Part shown: positions 46,201 through 55,621 of the stretch, piece by piece
Position numbering within the stretch: the stretch's first letter is position 1
How the letters are laid out: every line of letters starts with the position of its first letter
Source: a virus
Lineage: Duplodnaviria; Caudoviricetes
Virus record (IMG/VR): IMGVR_UViG_3300030202_002195
Location: 1 to 61,231 of that record
Direction: 5' to 3' (one strand)
DNA length: 61,231 bases
Position numbers and translations under genes: made by a program
The notes under the pieces: model-generated
The model's input: the letters and a program-made list of their open reading frames with translations, nothing else
Database searches by the model: none
What the model was told of the DNA's origin: nothing

Positions 46201-49200
46201 TTCTAAGATGCCTCCAAGCTTTGGTGATGTAAAGGGTGGTGCTAAAGTAGGTGCTAAGTTGTATTCAAAGATACTAAAGCTTAGAGCTAAGTTAGAAAAG
46301 GATAAGACATTAAGTAAGAATGAAGTAATGGATCGTCTTATTGAGTTTTTACAAGCTCAACCTGAATACATAGCTGAGGGGAAGAAGGGTGGTCTTACTG
46401 TTCAACAAGCTAAGATGGAGACCGAACTTCAAAGAGAGACAGGTATACGACCAACTAAAAATATTGGAGCCAATCTTCGTGCAGCTCGTCAGCTTATAAG
46501 AAACACTAATAGAACTAAAAAGAATCTTCAAGCTATCAAAAGAGAGTTGAGAAACTTTATCCGCAAATCTCTACCTAAAGACTCTTATACTAAAAGTGAG
46601 GTAATAAACATGGTTCGTAAGATTACAGATGCTGATGCCACTAACATAGATAGGTTGATGGGTGAGGTTGAGACCTTTGTAATGAAGAGAGCTATCCGTG
46701 ATTTGGATTCTAAAATATCTAAGATATTAGATTTAAAACAGTACACCAAGAGGTCAGGCAAAAGAAAAGCTGCAAAGGGTGTAGATGTAACAGTTCTTGA
46801 AAGACTTACATTCATTTCAGATTTTTACGCAGACATTAAAAATGCTCAGACCGCAGACTCTTTAGGTAAACTATACGAGTCACTACTTAGTGAGTTTAAT
46901 AAGTTAGCTAAAAAGCCTGAACCAACTGACGCTGAGATTCAAAAGATGGTAGACTTAGAGATACTTATGTCTTTAACTAATGCTGAGGTAATGAAAGATC
47001 AGATTGATGCTAACAGGATAGACGCTTTAGATAAAGCGGCATCTAACCTTGCGGACCTTGTAGCTTTTGGTAAGACAAATCTCAAAGATCAAATCAATGA
47101 GGCTCGTCAAAAGTATCTGAATGATTTTGCTATAGCTTATCAAGCTATAAGAAATGACAAAGACAGGTTAGATATGAATGATCCTGAAACTAAAGAGATG
47201 CTTCGAGATCAAGAAATATTAGACGCTCAAGACCCAGATGTTAAAGGTGTGCAGAAAAGATTAAAGAAATGGTATGGAGGTCTTAGAACAATGCTTGGAA
47301 GACCATTCAACGCCTTGATGGATCTTAGCACATTGATGAATCATATTGATGCAATGCCAGGGGATTTGTTTGGAGGGGAACTTCAGACTCTTGTTACTGA
47401 TAGAATAGACGCTTCAAACAGAGAGTTTAAAGGTCGTATTATGTTGGTGGAAAAAGCTGTAACACTAAAGCTTCAAGATATATTCGGAAAGAAATGGAAG
47501 TCGTTAGTGCCTAAGCTAAGAGAACCTAAACCCACTGGTATATTTATTGAAAATAGAGCTGGTAGAAAAGAGTTGATACTGAGTCAAAATCAAATGTACT
47601 ATTATTACAATCAGTACAAAGACCCTGCTAACGCAGGCAAGTTTGAGAAAACGTTTGGTGATAACTATGTTGAAATAATGGAGCAGATTACTGAACAGCT
47701 TGATCCTAAAGTAAAAGAGTTTGCAGACTGGCAGGTCAACGAGTTCTTCCCATCATTATATAACCACTACAACGAAGTGTATAAAAAAATATACCGAACC
47801 AATATGCCTTGGAATCAGTTCTACGCAGGTATGTTATACACTCAAGGTCAAAAGGAAGCGGCTGGGGTTCTTAATATGTTAGGTGAAGGTAACCCATACC
47901 AGACATCTGTGGGTACTGGGTCTACAATAGCAAGACAAGCTAATAACAATCCAATATTAGAAATGGATGGTACAGACGCTCTGTTTACCTACTTAAGAAA
48001 TATGGAATACTTCTCTGCTTATGCAGAAAGTATAAGAGATATTAATAAAATATTTACCAACGATATTATACGTGGAAACATAAAACGATTGTACGGTAAA
48101 GATATAATGGGTAAAATAGATACTATAATAGAGCGTGTAGCATCTAAAGGTTTGCAGTCTCAACAGTCAGCTATATTTATTAACTGGATGAACAATGCCT
48201 TTATCTTGTCAAGATTAGGATTAAGCCCACTAATCCACGTTAAACAGATGACTTCTGTATTTACATACGCTAATGATATTGGTGTAACTAATTGGTTGAA
48301 GTATGGAGCTGGACTTGCTAACATTCCAAAGCTTGTAAGAACCTGGAAAGAGATGGGTAATAATTCTGTTTATATGCAAGACAGAAAGTACGAAAGCATT
48401 GTTAAAGTTTTAGAAAGCTATAGCGATACTGCAATGCAAGAGTTTATTCCAACACCAGTTAAGGATAAGATAGTTAACATGATGATGTTCTTCATTAAGA
48501 CTGGTGATAGAAATGCAATTATGTTAGGTGGTATGCCAAACTACTTGTACTACAAAGACCAAGCTTTGAAAGCAGGTAAGAGTGAGCAAGAGGCTATTGA
48601 CGAAGCTATCATTAAGTTTGAAAGAGATACTAAGAGAACTCAGCAGTCATCTGATATACAAGATAGAGATGTACTACAAACTGGTGATCCTTTGTATCGT
48701 GCTTTGAATATGTTCTTGACAACACCTAAACAGTATATGCGTAAAGAAATACAAGCGTTTACAAACCTCAACCGAAAGCTTATGGCTTGGGATAAAACTG
48801 CTGGAAAAGGAACTCGTGGAGAAAACTTTAGAACATTAGCTATGTACCACGTGTTTATGCCTGTTCTTTTCCAATGGGTAACTAACGGTATGCCTGGATT
48901 ACTTGCTGAATGGGAAGACGAGGATGAAGCAGATTTATTAAGAGCGGCTGTTATAGGAAACTTAAACGCACTATTTATTATAGGAGATGTGTTTAATGTT
49001 ATTGGGGACGTTGCCACTGGTAAACCTTGGGCTGGTAATCCAACAAGGAACATGCCTATAGTTGCAGTTGCGGCTAATATAGCTAAGCAATATGACAGGA
49101 TTAATAAGATAAAAGATCCTGAAAAGAAAGCGGAAGCTACCAAGAAGATGTTTTACGAAATTTTAACTTTAGGTGGAATACCTGCCAGTAATATAGATAA

Positions 49201-49507
49201 GATAGCTAATAACTTTATGAAGGTTGTTGAGGGTGGTGAATCGCCTGAGAAAGCTATAATGAGATTGTTAAATTATTCAGAGTATCAAATCGAAGGTAAG
49301 CAAAAGAAAAAGAAGAAGCCTAAAAGAACAACTAAGCTTACTAAAGAAGAGATGAAGAAGTATGATCCTGAAGCTTACTACGAAATGATGGACGCAAAGA
49401 AGGAGTATGAGCGTGAGAACGCTGAGTATCTATATCAGCAGAAGCTTGATAAACGAGAGAGAGAAAGAGAGCGTAGAGAGTATTTAGATGACTTGTACTT
49501 AGACTAA
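40268..49507 (+). CDS. Giant polyvalent ejection protein (3079 aa) with zincin-like HExxH
   Basis: VAHEAFH at ~43390-43408, R(E/D)Q(K/R) linkers, helical C-terminal region. Confidence 0.8.
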   Translation: MEEQVLKDLIATSESLNYNWDEIMPKFPELEGVDLQVLKDYVETAKAYDYNYEVINPKFPELNIKKKDDSLPTGEEEVMVSDTTVVEEPGSSEPSAPETDEVVVEDTEVLETPEPVVQELDDPFENSMQVINLDLMTKNEEAVVPKLEYHFGDYGFKFEQTGLGDRVKAIAPNGEEIVVETDNITDKKDTREGEKLKEFIRANKLDGSQELDLENRYKQNERKFFTDEEVKIELANMNDLAKIQADQIKQYVANKTEFEVLNAQYESMDQAQIDDNPEFMKLWSEQKDALDKQLAQLKNQDNILKLQGVELDRSVGAYYEMKAQTGTKMGAFYNALLQGYSNMASGLADVVIDVSTYLAPLKAQMGEENYNAEVVKKAIEKGFIKGEEENVLQNVERYIELLEGDQLDEINSEILDDNRKLLKAGDDEIVEQPYSQFAGALNEDMGILQAIREGLVTTVGDDETTREYSDLKKQSFWGGALLGLTESLPAMVGGIGGWAQRTAQMYAQVSDALTKEMEDDPTFADVSEAEKAALKLPLGAVVAGLEAVGLRNVMAQTGVAQTVLMRVLRKKSADIAGRSFNEVVSREINNMIAKGALVVTAAGLAEFETGAAQELADIGAKELFNYIKEDEYFKTPENILSEVLYAGAQEAVGGFILGVPGAISTAARKYDFTKLDEGVFEMFEDISKDPAYKDAYVQIIKQAILDGDITKQEGQSQLDAYNEVVNVMNQIPVDFSTEQKKKALGILLRTQKLEQEIEGKDPRLVKRQKQEIEDLNQQLDNILYEETDASTEQSTVEETVPVESETTEEVVDGVPDQVQRPTREGDTQTEGTQSQETEEKIVDGKVGDTFTSNRGTEVIVKKTKNLTITESQTETVNPADQRNFGLKKTTKIYEQIYGDRMNGTEPVPKLNTYQNESVVTGRKTTQVTEETKDLQLMVEGEVTEDTDVSTDQDGQVFEQVDEVVSINRASKPPKRTNQFKNFVQKKARRAGKALARIAPDVKIVLHENAEDYFNVTNSRGKGTFVDNTVHINLESADRTTVAHEAFHAILLSKLKTDAAAGRVTKNMMTAISKSLNKDSELKKSIDAFASNYDENIQNEEKLAQIIGEIAAGYKELDAGSKSTLRRWIDRIAKGLGIKVEEFTQTEQDVVNLLNTIAKKVTTGQEIQEGEVDLIEKLQDDDLLNTPPYEGGETLTVNPEGPKDPEPRDQKNIYSKINFATNLPVVSLQEFVNKVGGNLFAVTSDATGLGFDSQGDRIDGGFGYSAITDNLNNGIGFASLNPTFAKMTLSKIAKRFKAGTKIGVMIMVQSPNATLGNYYGGKYLGRALGQIKKSNPNEYQVVVDGVRELLENNKSVKKELDKNTDFNAETILDLVSNPENYTEAEFGKEWIKDTNFEIRRILLNSLFINSQETRTTKQTNPAKLKLKEAGFTMRDFLMEYGDKQLLGENNLKENKGGFVVGGFEMIIPEDIDKALADIDNKGIVHPQFNGKLPSTGNNFLFDGLYPIQENFVEYAKKETTISKEQQESADAAVRKMFKEDKFYKDEFLSGPKKVAKSKRGYANLKTGPKIRFKAESPQFLEERTPGITASVAKGLGLSLDKDIPTKEAFEKPVAREQKGDALTFQEMETLYDVEQREQKDMPKLTQKQVDEALQTDKVARRIIAEGNQPKQGENVGVRLNLNVFKNTGLPIQAIHQGTKTDAYKRVDGVSGNFRGKVINYAPAVTLKDVYLNTHQKAVYQVKNKIKNKFPLASVDGLYQDIPYDKQDLTGTELRFNPFNTMLFETLDGTPVRSVEEATIYGTRVFARGKIEYFTEENTPPPYEPTKTEKREQKDVKFKIQKKRIYKETPRALTILTSGYGGKFINLPMSQITISEAPPKRGYYGQDIGESGEMVRITMPQWLFSRNTELEETGGFELETKPKKREQRDVFKKDMSATEIIIAGRDNNFSDASIKEYLTKIRKLKVKEVNELMAIKADLFSKMPPSFGDVKGGAKVGAKLYSKILKLRAKLEKDKTLSKNEVMDRLIEFLQAQPEYIAEGKKGGLTVQQAKMETELQRETGIRPTKNIGANLRAARQLIRNTNRTKKNLQAIKRELRNFIRKSLPKDSYTKSEVINMVRKITDADATNIDRLMGEVETFVMKRAIRDLDSKISKILDLKQYTKRSGKRKAAKGVDVTVLERLTFISDFYADIKNAQTADSLGKLYESLLSEFNKLAKKPEPTDAEIQKMVDLEILMSLTNAEVMKDQIDANRIDALDKAASNLADLVAFGKTNLKDQINEARQKYLNDFAIAYQAIRNDKDRLDMNDPETKEMLRDQEILDAQDPDVKGVQKRLKKWYGGLRTMLGRPFNALMDLSTLMNHIDAMPGDLFGGELQTLVTDRIDASNREFKGRIMLVEKAVTLKLQDIFGKKWKSLVPKLREPKPTGIFIENRAGRKELILSQNQMYYYYNQYKDPANAGKFEKTFGDNYVEIMEQITEQLDPKVKEFADWQVNEFFPSLYNHYNEVYKKIYRTNMPWNQFYAGMLYTQGQKEAAGVLNMLGEGNPYQTSVGTGSTIARQANNNPILEMDGTDALFTYLRNMEYFSAYAESIRDINKIFTNDIIRGNIKRLYGKDIMGKIDTIIERVASKGLQSQQSAIFINWMNNAFILSRLGLSPLIHVKQMTSVFTYANDIGVTNWLKYGAGLANIPKLVRTWKEMGNNSVYMQDRKYESIVKVLESYSDTAMQEFIPTPVKDKIVNMMMFFIKTGDRNAIMLGGMPNYLYYKDQALKAGKSEQEAIDEAIIKFERDTKRTQQSSDIQDRDVLQTGDPLYRALNMFLTTPKQYMRKEIQAFTNLNRKLMAWDKTAGKGTRGENFRTLAMYHVFMPVLFQWVTNGMPGLLAEWEDEDEADLLRAAVIGNLNALFIIGDVFNVIGDVATGKPWAGNPTRNMPIVAVAANIAKQYDRINKIKDPEKKAEATKKMFYEILTLGGIPASNIDKIANNFMKVVEGGESPEKAIMRLLNYSEYQIEGKQKKKKKPKRTTKLTKEEMKKYDPEAYYEMMDAKKEYERENAEYLYQQKLDKRERERERREYLDDLYLD

Positions 49508-49824
49508 AAGTTCTTGTCAAAGTTTTCTCTTTCAACTTCAAGTTTGTAATATAGGAATGCGTGGAACCCATTGATGTGAGAGTCAGTGGGAAAGAAATAC
49601 TTCCAGCCTTTGGACATGCCTCTGTTTATATAATAACAAAAAGCCAACCCAATCTTACCAGTATTCTTTTTAAATCTAACCACTGCTGTGTGGTCTGATG
49701 TTGGTATAACTTCTTCAACATGAAATGTTTCTTTGTTTGAATTACCTTCCCTATCTGTTCTTGAATATCTCAAGGCCAGCTCAGCTGCAAACTCGTTCAG
49801 CTCTATTGCTATCTCTTTTTTCAT
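49504..49824 (-). CDS. Hypothetical protein (106 aa)
   Basis: Last ORF of the minus-strand operon. Confidence 0.7.
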   Translation of the reverse strand: MKKEIAIELNEFAAELALRYSRTDREGNSNKETFHVEEVIPTSDHTAVVRFKKNTGKIGLAFCYYINRGMSKGWKYFFPTDSHINGFHAFLYYKLEVERENFDKNF

Positions 49825-50161
49825 TCCTTCTTTGATCAGTTACTATTCTGTGACAGTTAGCACACCTAACCTCACACTTGTCTATCTCAGCTTGTATTGT
49901 TTTTAATCCGTAGGACTGTCGTGCCATATCAGAGACACATCTAATCTTTTCTCCTCTGACGTGGTCAAAGTCTAATACTACAGGATTGTTTTCCCCACAA
50001 TCAATACAACCTCTTTCTGCTTTTATCTTGTCAATGTAAATCTTATTCCTATCTGACCTAACCCTATTAGTTTTAAGAGACCTGGCTTTTACTTCTTTCT
50101 TGTGTTGTTCGTAGTAACGCTTTGACGCTTTCGCCTGGTCTTCTTTATTTTTATAGGGCAT
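49781..50161 (-). CDS. HNH endonuclease
   Basis: CIDC...DFDH...KCEVRCANCH. Confidence 0.85.
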   Translation of the reverse strand: MPYKNKEDQAKASKRYYEQHKKEVKARSLKTNRVRSDRNKIYIDKIKAERGCIDCGENNPVVLDFDHVRGEKIRCVSDMARQSYGLKTIQAEIDKCEVRCANCHRIVTDQRRNEKRDSNRAERVCS

Positions 50162-50349
50162 TATACTTCTTCTGTTAATGACCTATCAAGATCGGTAAGA
50201 TGCTTTATGATTTCTTTGATGTGTTCCTTAGCCTCCTCGTTATCTCGATCCATAAGTGACTCGTATATATCATCCACCTTGTCGTGAATCTCTTTACATA
50301 CGAAGGATATTTGAGATATCTTTTCTGTGTCTTCGGCTAATACTCCCAT
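50161..50349 (-). CDS. Hypothetical protein (62 aa)
   Basis: Coupled ORF. Confidence 0.65.
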   Translation of the reverse strand: MGVLAEDTEKISQISFVCKEIHDKVDDIYESLMDRDNEEAKEHIKEIIKHLTDLDRSLTEEV

Positions 50350-50353
50350 TGTT

Positions 50354-50875
50354 TTACATACCGTTTAGTATGCTGTTTAATTTTCTTTCAACCTCCTGAA
50401 GTCTTTCTTCAGGTACACGATCATCAATCATTCCGATGATATTTCTGTGTCTTTTGTGTTGTCTTTGAACAGTTTCCAACTGTTCTTGAACATCTAATAA
50501 GGACAAATTTAACAAATTATTTTTCTCTTGCAAGTCTTTTAACTCTTTTTTTAGTTGAGTAGGATTCAACTCTACATATTGATCAGCCTCTTGTTCCCAT
50601 ATTCCAACAATCTGATGGTAAGCCCTTTGCAAACCCTTGTCATACTTCATCATGAAAGGAAACTCTTTCAGTGAATGCATTATGGTTGCGTGGTTTTTAC
50701 CAAACTGATCGGCAATGTACTTGAGAGTGAAGTAACATTCGTCTCTCATAATCTTATAACAGATTGCTCTTGCTTTTACAATCTCATCTGTTTTCTTTCG
50801 TTCATCTACGTTGACATTCAGAACAGTGTTAACTATGTTCTTCAGTGCTATTGTCTTCTGTGTGTTGATATTCAT
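50354..50875 (-). CDS. DnaA C-terminal-like HTH protein with coiled coil
   Basis: IVKARAICYKI...TL..IA..FGKNHATIMHS. Confidence 0.75.
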   Translation of the reverse strand: MNINTQKTIALKNIVNTVLNVNVDERKKTDEIVKARAICYKIMRDECYFTLKYIADQFGKNHATIMHSLKEFPFMMKYDKGLQRAYHQIVGIWEQEADQYVELNPTQLKKELKDLQEKNNLLNLSLLDVQEQLETVQRQHKRHRNIIGMIDDRVPEERLQEVERKLNSILNGM

Positions 50876-51191
50876 CTGTTTTAATATATAAATTTAAGTT
50901 GATTAAGTCTAAGTATTCATCCATCTCTATTAGCTTTATGTCGGTTAGAAGAATGAAGTCATCCTCTAATCTCAATAACTCTAATGCGTATGTAACATAT
51001 TCTCCATCGTGTTCTACAACACCACCGAGAACGTGTGATACCATATTTGTGTGGGGTAAAGTAACCCAGCCATTACCAATGTTACGTGCAATCTTAATAG
51101 CTGTAGTAAAGTCTATCTCAGAAATACTTTCTAAAAAATCTTCTGACACATCATAGTCCTCACCCCCTGTATACCTCAGTTTTACATCCAT
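50829..51191 (-). CDS. Hypothetical acidic protein (120 aa)
   Basis: ORF in operon. Confidence 0.65.
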   Translation of the reverse strand: MDVKLRYTGGEDYDVSEDFLESISEIDFTTAIKIARNIGNGWVTLPHTNMVSHVLGGVVEHDGEYVTYALELLRLEDDFILLTDIKLIEMDEYLDLINLNLYIKTDEYQHTEDNSTEEHS

Positions 51192-51399
51192 GTTTATCTA
51201 ATTCTTTTAGTCTATATTCTTGTAGCTTGGATAGTTTACCTGTTGGTTTCTTAACCTCAGAAAAGATTACATCACAATCAGGTGGTATTGCTACTAAATC
51301 AGGTATTCCGTTTTTGTTTGTTTTGATCAGCTTGATTACATAATAGCCTTCGTCCTCCAATTGTTTTATACGCTTGGCTTGTATCTGCTGTTCAGTCAT
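51160..51399 (-). CDS. VRR-NUC nuclease (resolvase-like)
   Basis: TE..IQ...G.PDL...F.EVK...G.LS.LQ. Confidence 0.85.
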   Translation of the reverse strand: MTEQQIQAKRIKQLEDEGYYVIKLIKTNKNGIPDLVAIPPDCDVIFSEVKKPTGKLSKLQEYRLKELDKHGCKTEVYRG

Positions 51400-51401
51400 A
51401 A

Positions 51402-52634
51402 TTACAAAGTTAATAAATCTCTCTTGAAATGTTTTAGCGTGTAGTCCTTCTTCTTAATAACAGCCTTGTATATATCTTTCTCTATACCGCCCTTACTAAA
51501 AACCCAGTACACATCATTTTTTAGTCTATCTTTAGTTGTCATTCTATCTCTCGACTGCCAGTAACTGGTAGCACTGAAGTCTATGTTGTAGTAGACAAGA
51601 GCATCAGCTTCTCTTAAGCTAATACCTTCACGACCACTAACAATCTGTAGAGCAATGTTTTTATCTGTTGTGTTAAAGCATTCCAGGTCTTGACAAATAT
51701 CTTCTCCAAAGACATTCTTGATAGCATTTAGTTCTTCTTTGAACTTGTAGAATATACCTATCTTTTTACCAGCAAACTTCTCTTTAATGAAATGTGCCTT
51801 ACTATAATCAAGAACCATAGAGTTACCACTCTCAAACTTAATAGTACCACTGCATAGCTGGTGTACCTTTGTCATAAGCTTAACAGATGTATCAGCCAGT
51901 ATAACCTCACTCTCTCCTTCAATCACAAGATCCTTCTTTAGTTTCTTGATAATTTTAGAAGTCTCCTTTTCCATCTCTACCTCCAACACATGCTCTTGTG
52001 TATCCACAACAAATCCAGCATCCTTTTGGCTGAACCTTATGGTATATGGTTTCATTGCTTCTATAATCTTTTCAGAACCTCTTGAGTAATCATTGATGTA
52101 CATACCTCCAACCTTTAACTTGGTTACACTTACATATTGATGTGCAAACTGGTAGAAGTTTTTGAATACTCTGAATGGATTGTTAGGTATAGAATACACT
52201 TGATGGTACATCTGTGAGTAGGCTTCGGGTGTGGGTGTTCCGCTAAGCAAAATGATATAAGGGTTAGAATGAAAAACAAATTCCTTAAATCTTTTGGCAC
52301 GTCCACTTGGCTTAGGGAAAGCACCCATACCGTGAGCCTCATCTGCTATAATTACATCCCAACCTTTTCTGCTAAGCTTATGCAGAGATTCGTAGTTAAT
52401 TACAGTTAATTCAAAGTTTGGATTAAGCAGATTGTAATCATTTTCTATACTTGATATTGCTTTCTTCTTGGTGATAAACAAAACCTTTTTAGGTTTCAGT
52501 TCCTGACAGATGCCTAAACTTGTTAGTGTCTTGCCAGTACGAACCTCCATTGCAAGGTAAAGGAATCTATGAGTACGGATAATTTCCGTACCCTTTCCAA
52601 TAATCTCTGTTTGATAATCTCTAAACTCTATCAT
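51402..52634 (-). CDS. SNF2-like SF2 helicase
   Basis: RDYQ, RTGKT, DEAH, LSGTP, QSRDR; start set at ATG 52634. Confidence 0.85.
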   Translation of the reverse strand: MIEFRDYQTEIIGKGTEIIRTHRFLYLAMEVRTGKTLTSLGICQELKPKKVLFITKKKAISSIENDYNLLNPNFELTVINYESLHKLSRKGWDVIIADEAHGMGAFPKPSGRAKRFKEFVFHSNPYIILLSGTPTPEAYSQMYHQVYSIPNNPFRVFKNFYQFAHQYVSVTKLKVGGMYINDYSRGSEKIIEAMKPYTIRFSQKDAGFVVDTQEHVLEVEMEKETSKIIKKLKKDLVIEGESEVILADTSVKLMTKVHQLCSGTIKFESGNSMVLDYSKAHFIKEKFAGKKIGIFYKFKEELNAIKNVFGEDICQDLECFNTTDKNIALQIVSGREGISLREADALVYYNIDFSATSYWQSRDRMTTKDRLKNDVYWVFSKGGIEKDIYKAVIKKKDYTLKHFKRDLLTL

Positions 52635-55030
52635 AGCAATGAGGTTTGCATATTCTTTTTCTTGAACTCTATCCATCTTCCATTCTCATCTCTACCATCT
52701 ATAGGTTTCTGATGGAACTTATACATAGAGAATGAATCAAGCCACTTGTAGAATCTTTGTCTTGATATAGTCATCCTTGCTTTTGGTCCATAGTCAGGAT
52801 ACTCTTCAATGAAGTCAAGGTAAAGTCTTTGCTTCATAATCCTTGCTCCCTCTCTTAAACTTGAGTTGTAACTACCATCCAGTAGTCCACACCACTCAAC
52901 AAACTCGTGAGATGTTTCAGCGGATAGTCTACGAAGTTCAAGATTTACAAATGTACTTTTCAGTAATCCATTTTCTAAATACATCTGAAGACAACTAATC
53001 ATAAAGTTATCAAACTGACACCACTCACTGTCATCCCACTCTCCAAAGAAATGTTTACCGAACTCTACCAATGGGGTAAACTCTTTGGTGTAATGTTGAG
53101 CAAGTTCCAACTCCCACTTTCTTCTCTCGAATGAACTACCCTTACCACGAATAGCGTAGTTAGTAGTGATAGCAATCTTTGGAGATTTGCTAAATGGTAT
53201 CTTGATAGCATCCTTGTTTTTCTTTTCAAGCGTTAGTCCTTCTGTCACCACAGAGAACAATCTCTCAAAGTCGAAATACTTTTTTACATCATCAAAGCAT
53301 AGTAGTTGTGTATCGGCTGATACCAACTGGTAAGCAAACGACCTTTCAAAGTTGAATGACTTACCATCTATTACTACTAACTTTTTCATTTGTGATAGAC
53401 CTTTCATAAACAAACCCTTACCAGTTCCTCCTTCAGGATTGTCCGATATAACCTCATCATTTAAGATGACAGCAGGACAGTATGATAAGTTCTTAAATCC
53501 GTGCATCATATATCCTATGGTAGAATACATAGAGTTTATTCTCTCTTTAGTTCCACCAGCAATGTTCTGAACGAACACTCTGAAATCACAATTGTTTACC
53601 TCACATATTGTAAAGTCTCTATCTATAACATGGTCTTTCCAAACATAACCTCCAAGATCTATGTAGTCTATAGGCTTGACTTCATTACTGGTAATCTTAA
53701 CTGCACAATTTCTGTAGTATAAATAAGATGTGCTTGAAGTATCTTCAATAAAGAAAACATCAATAGATGAAAGTAGAGTAAGGAACTCTTCTCTAAAGTA
53801 CCTTGTGTGCTCAGCAAAGTAATTGTATATACTGATGTCATCATCAGAAAGAAGGTAGTTCAATATAAAATCTTTAATCTCTTTCTCTGATGTGTGGTCG
53901 ATGAGGTTGTTAGTAACCCTTACAAAGACATAATTCTTACTACCTTGAGGGTTAAACTTGTAGAAACCATTCTCTTCCAAGAATTGCTTGAATGCTATGT
54001 GCACAATCTTTATTACACCCTTGTCAGACTTGGTCCAGAACTTTTGTTTAGCATTCTCATCCTCTATCCTTTCAAGTACACTGTCCACATTGTCTACATC
54101 AAACTTCTCCTCCTCCAGTTGATACTTGATTTCTTTTTTAGATACACCTCTTCTAAATTTATTTTTGATTTGGTTTACCTTATCCTCATCCTCGTAATAC
54201 TTGGTTCCAAAGTTCTGCTTCTGTGCGTAGGCTGACTCAATAGTTCTTTTGATCTCGTAGTCAGGAAAGTCTTTGGTTGCAAAGTTTGACATCACATACT
54301 CTGCAAGAGTTTGGTTTACTCCAAAGTCATTGAAGGCGGATGCCAATACATATATATTATTGTTTCTTTCTCCTTCTTTCAATCCATACTTTTTGTCCCA
54401 CCACTTCATTAGTATATCTACAATCTTATTCTCATTAGTAATGGGTATGGTAGGTCTATCTCTGTACTTAATAACCTCTTGGTATTCTGTTTCCTCTATC
54501 TTCTCCCACAAACTTGATAGTTCGTTGATGTGAATCAGAGGGTCATAACTTTCATAGCACACCCTTGAAATGTTTTTAGATGTCTTATCAAAGTATTCAC
54601 TATCAAAATGTTTTTCAAGAGAGTTGAAATAGTTTTTATGGTTGTCAGCATCTTTTGGTATCTTAACCAATACCTTCAAACCATTACCACTTGGTGATAT
54701 AAAAACAGAAAAGACACTCTTGTCTTTTGACAATCTCTCTTTCTCTTGTAGCATATCCTTGTTGGTTTTATACCCATCAAAGTCAAGGCATATAATACCA
54801 CTATGCTCCACTAAAGAACTGTCGTTTCTCTTTGTAAACTTACCACTAAAGCACACTGCTGGTAGTGATTGCTTCAATCTATTTCGTTGTGTTTTATCTT
54901 TTTCAGACCTGATTTTCTTTACCAAATCTTTACTTGAACCTTCTCTTATTCTGTTAAGGATCACCACAACATCTCTGTAAAATGGCTGAGAAGTATCCTT
55001 AATATCCTTAAAAATGGTGATTTCTGACAT
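52631..55030 (-). CDS. Primase-helicase (BT4734/VirE-N-like primase, PriCT-like linker, P-loop helicase)
   Basis: KQSLP...SG.ICLDFD...SPSG.GLK; GERNN; GGTGKG; FDD. Confidence 0.85.
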   Translation of the reverse strand: MSEITIFKDIKDTSQPFYRDVVVILNRIREGSSKDLVKKIRSEKDKTQRNRLKQSLPAVCFSGKFTKRNDSSLVEHSGIICLDFDGYKTNKDMLQEKERLSKDKSVFSVFISPSGNGLKVLVKIPKDADNHKNYFNSLEKHFDSEYFDKTSKNISRVCYESYDPLIHINELSSLWEKIEETEYQEVIKYRDRPTIPITNENKIVDILMKWWDKKYGLKEGERNNNIYVLASAFNDFGVNQTLAEYVMSNFATKDFPDYEIKRTIESAYAQKQNFGTKYYEDEDKVNQIKNKFRRGVSKKEIKYQLEEEKFDVDNVDSVLERIEDENAKQKFWTKSDKGVIKIVHIAFKQFLEENGFYKFNPQGSKNYVFVRVTNNLIDHTSEKEIKDFILNYLLSDDDISIYNYFAEHTRYFREEFLTLLSSIDVFFIEDTSSTSYLYYRNCAVKITSNEVKPIDYIDLGGYVWKDHVIDRDFTICEVNNCDFRVFVQNIAGGTKERINSMYSTIGYMMHGFKNLSYCPAVILNDEVISDNPEGGTGKGLFMKGLSQMKKLVVIDGKSFNFERSFAYQLVSADTQLLCFDDVKKYFDFERLFSVVTEGLTLEKKNKDAIKIPFSKSPKIAITTNYAIRGKGSSFERRKWELELAQHYTKEFTPLVEFGKHFFGEWDDSEWCQFDNFMISCLQMYLENGLLKSTFVNLELRRLSAETSHEFVEWCGLLDGSYNSSLREGARIMKQRLYLDFIEEYPDYGPKARMTISRQRFYKWLDSFSMYKFHQKPIDGRDENGRWIEFKKKNMQTSLL

Positions 55031-55210
55031 TGTTCTGTTGAAATTATGTTAAAATTATTTTATTTAACTTACTGATTATTAGTTGTTTATATATTAATCC
55101 TGTCGAAATGTCGAAATTAATAATAAAATATCATATATAAAAATTATTAGATACTTAATTTATTAATGCTTGTATATTGATTAGTTGAGTTTGACATCTT
55201 GACATTGACA
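55024..55210. other. Origin-like iteron element B upstream of primase
   Basis: TGTCGAAATGTCGAAA (55101-55116), TTGACA x3 (55191-55210), very AT-rich; same layout as 3615-3790. Confidence 0.55.
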
Positions 55211-55212
55211 AG

Positions 55213-55242
55213 AGAAAAGAAAAGGGACACGAAGTCCCTCTT
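55213..55242 (-). terminator. Intrinsic terminator
   Basis: AGGGAC-TTCGT-GTCCCT-TTTCTTTT on minus strand. Confidence 0.75.
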
Positions 55243-55257
55243 CATTTAACTGGTTGT

Positions 55258-55515
55258 TTAGAAAGGTAATATCTCTTCCTCTTTCTTTGGAGTAGGAGTA
55301 TCCGTTTCTTCAGGTTTCCAAGTATCCACTGCAACATAGTGCGTACGACCATAGTCATCAGCTTCTCTTCTTTGTTGAACCACTAACTTGATGTACTTTT
55401 TCCCATCGTACTCAAAGATGTGTTCCTTTGGAAGATCAGTTAAACATAAGCTTACTGCTACTTGTTGTCCATCAAACTTGGACTTACCATTTCCGACATA
55501 AATTTTGTCTGCCAT
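55258..55515 (-). CDS. Probable single-stranded DNA-binding protein
   Basis: GKKY..L......D.YG.TH, acidic tail ending LPF; follows SSAP and exonuclease. Confidence 0.65.
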   Translation of the reverse strand: MADKIYVGNGKSKFDGQQVAVSLCLTDLPKEHIFEYDGKKYIKLVVQQRREADDYGRTHYVAVDTWKPEETDTPTPKKEEEILPF

Positions 55516-55621
55516 AATATATAAAGTTGTGTTCCGATAATAATTAAAAGTCCATCAGCAGTTCGGAACGATCCTACTGAAAGCTTTATCTATGAAGGCC
55601 AAATGACCACTATATTCTCCA

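Noticed and set aside
40268-49507. Giant protein as a crAss-like or N4-like virion RNA polymerase
   Set aside because: No DxDxD-type catalytic motif in polymerase context was seen; HExxH and linker motifs fit a polyvalent protein better
3850-54980. Many opposite-strand or alternate-frame ORFs in the track (e.g. 4729-5184, 14455-14868, 41572-42039, 54642-54980)
   Set aside because: Shadows of long, well-supported genes
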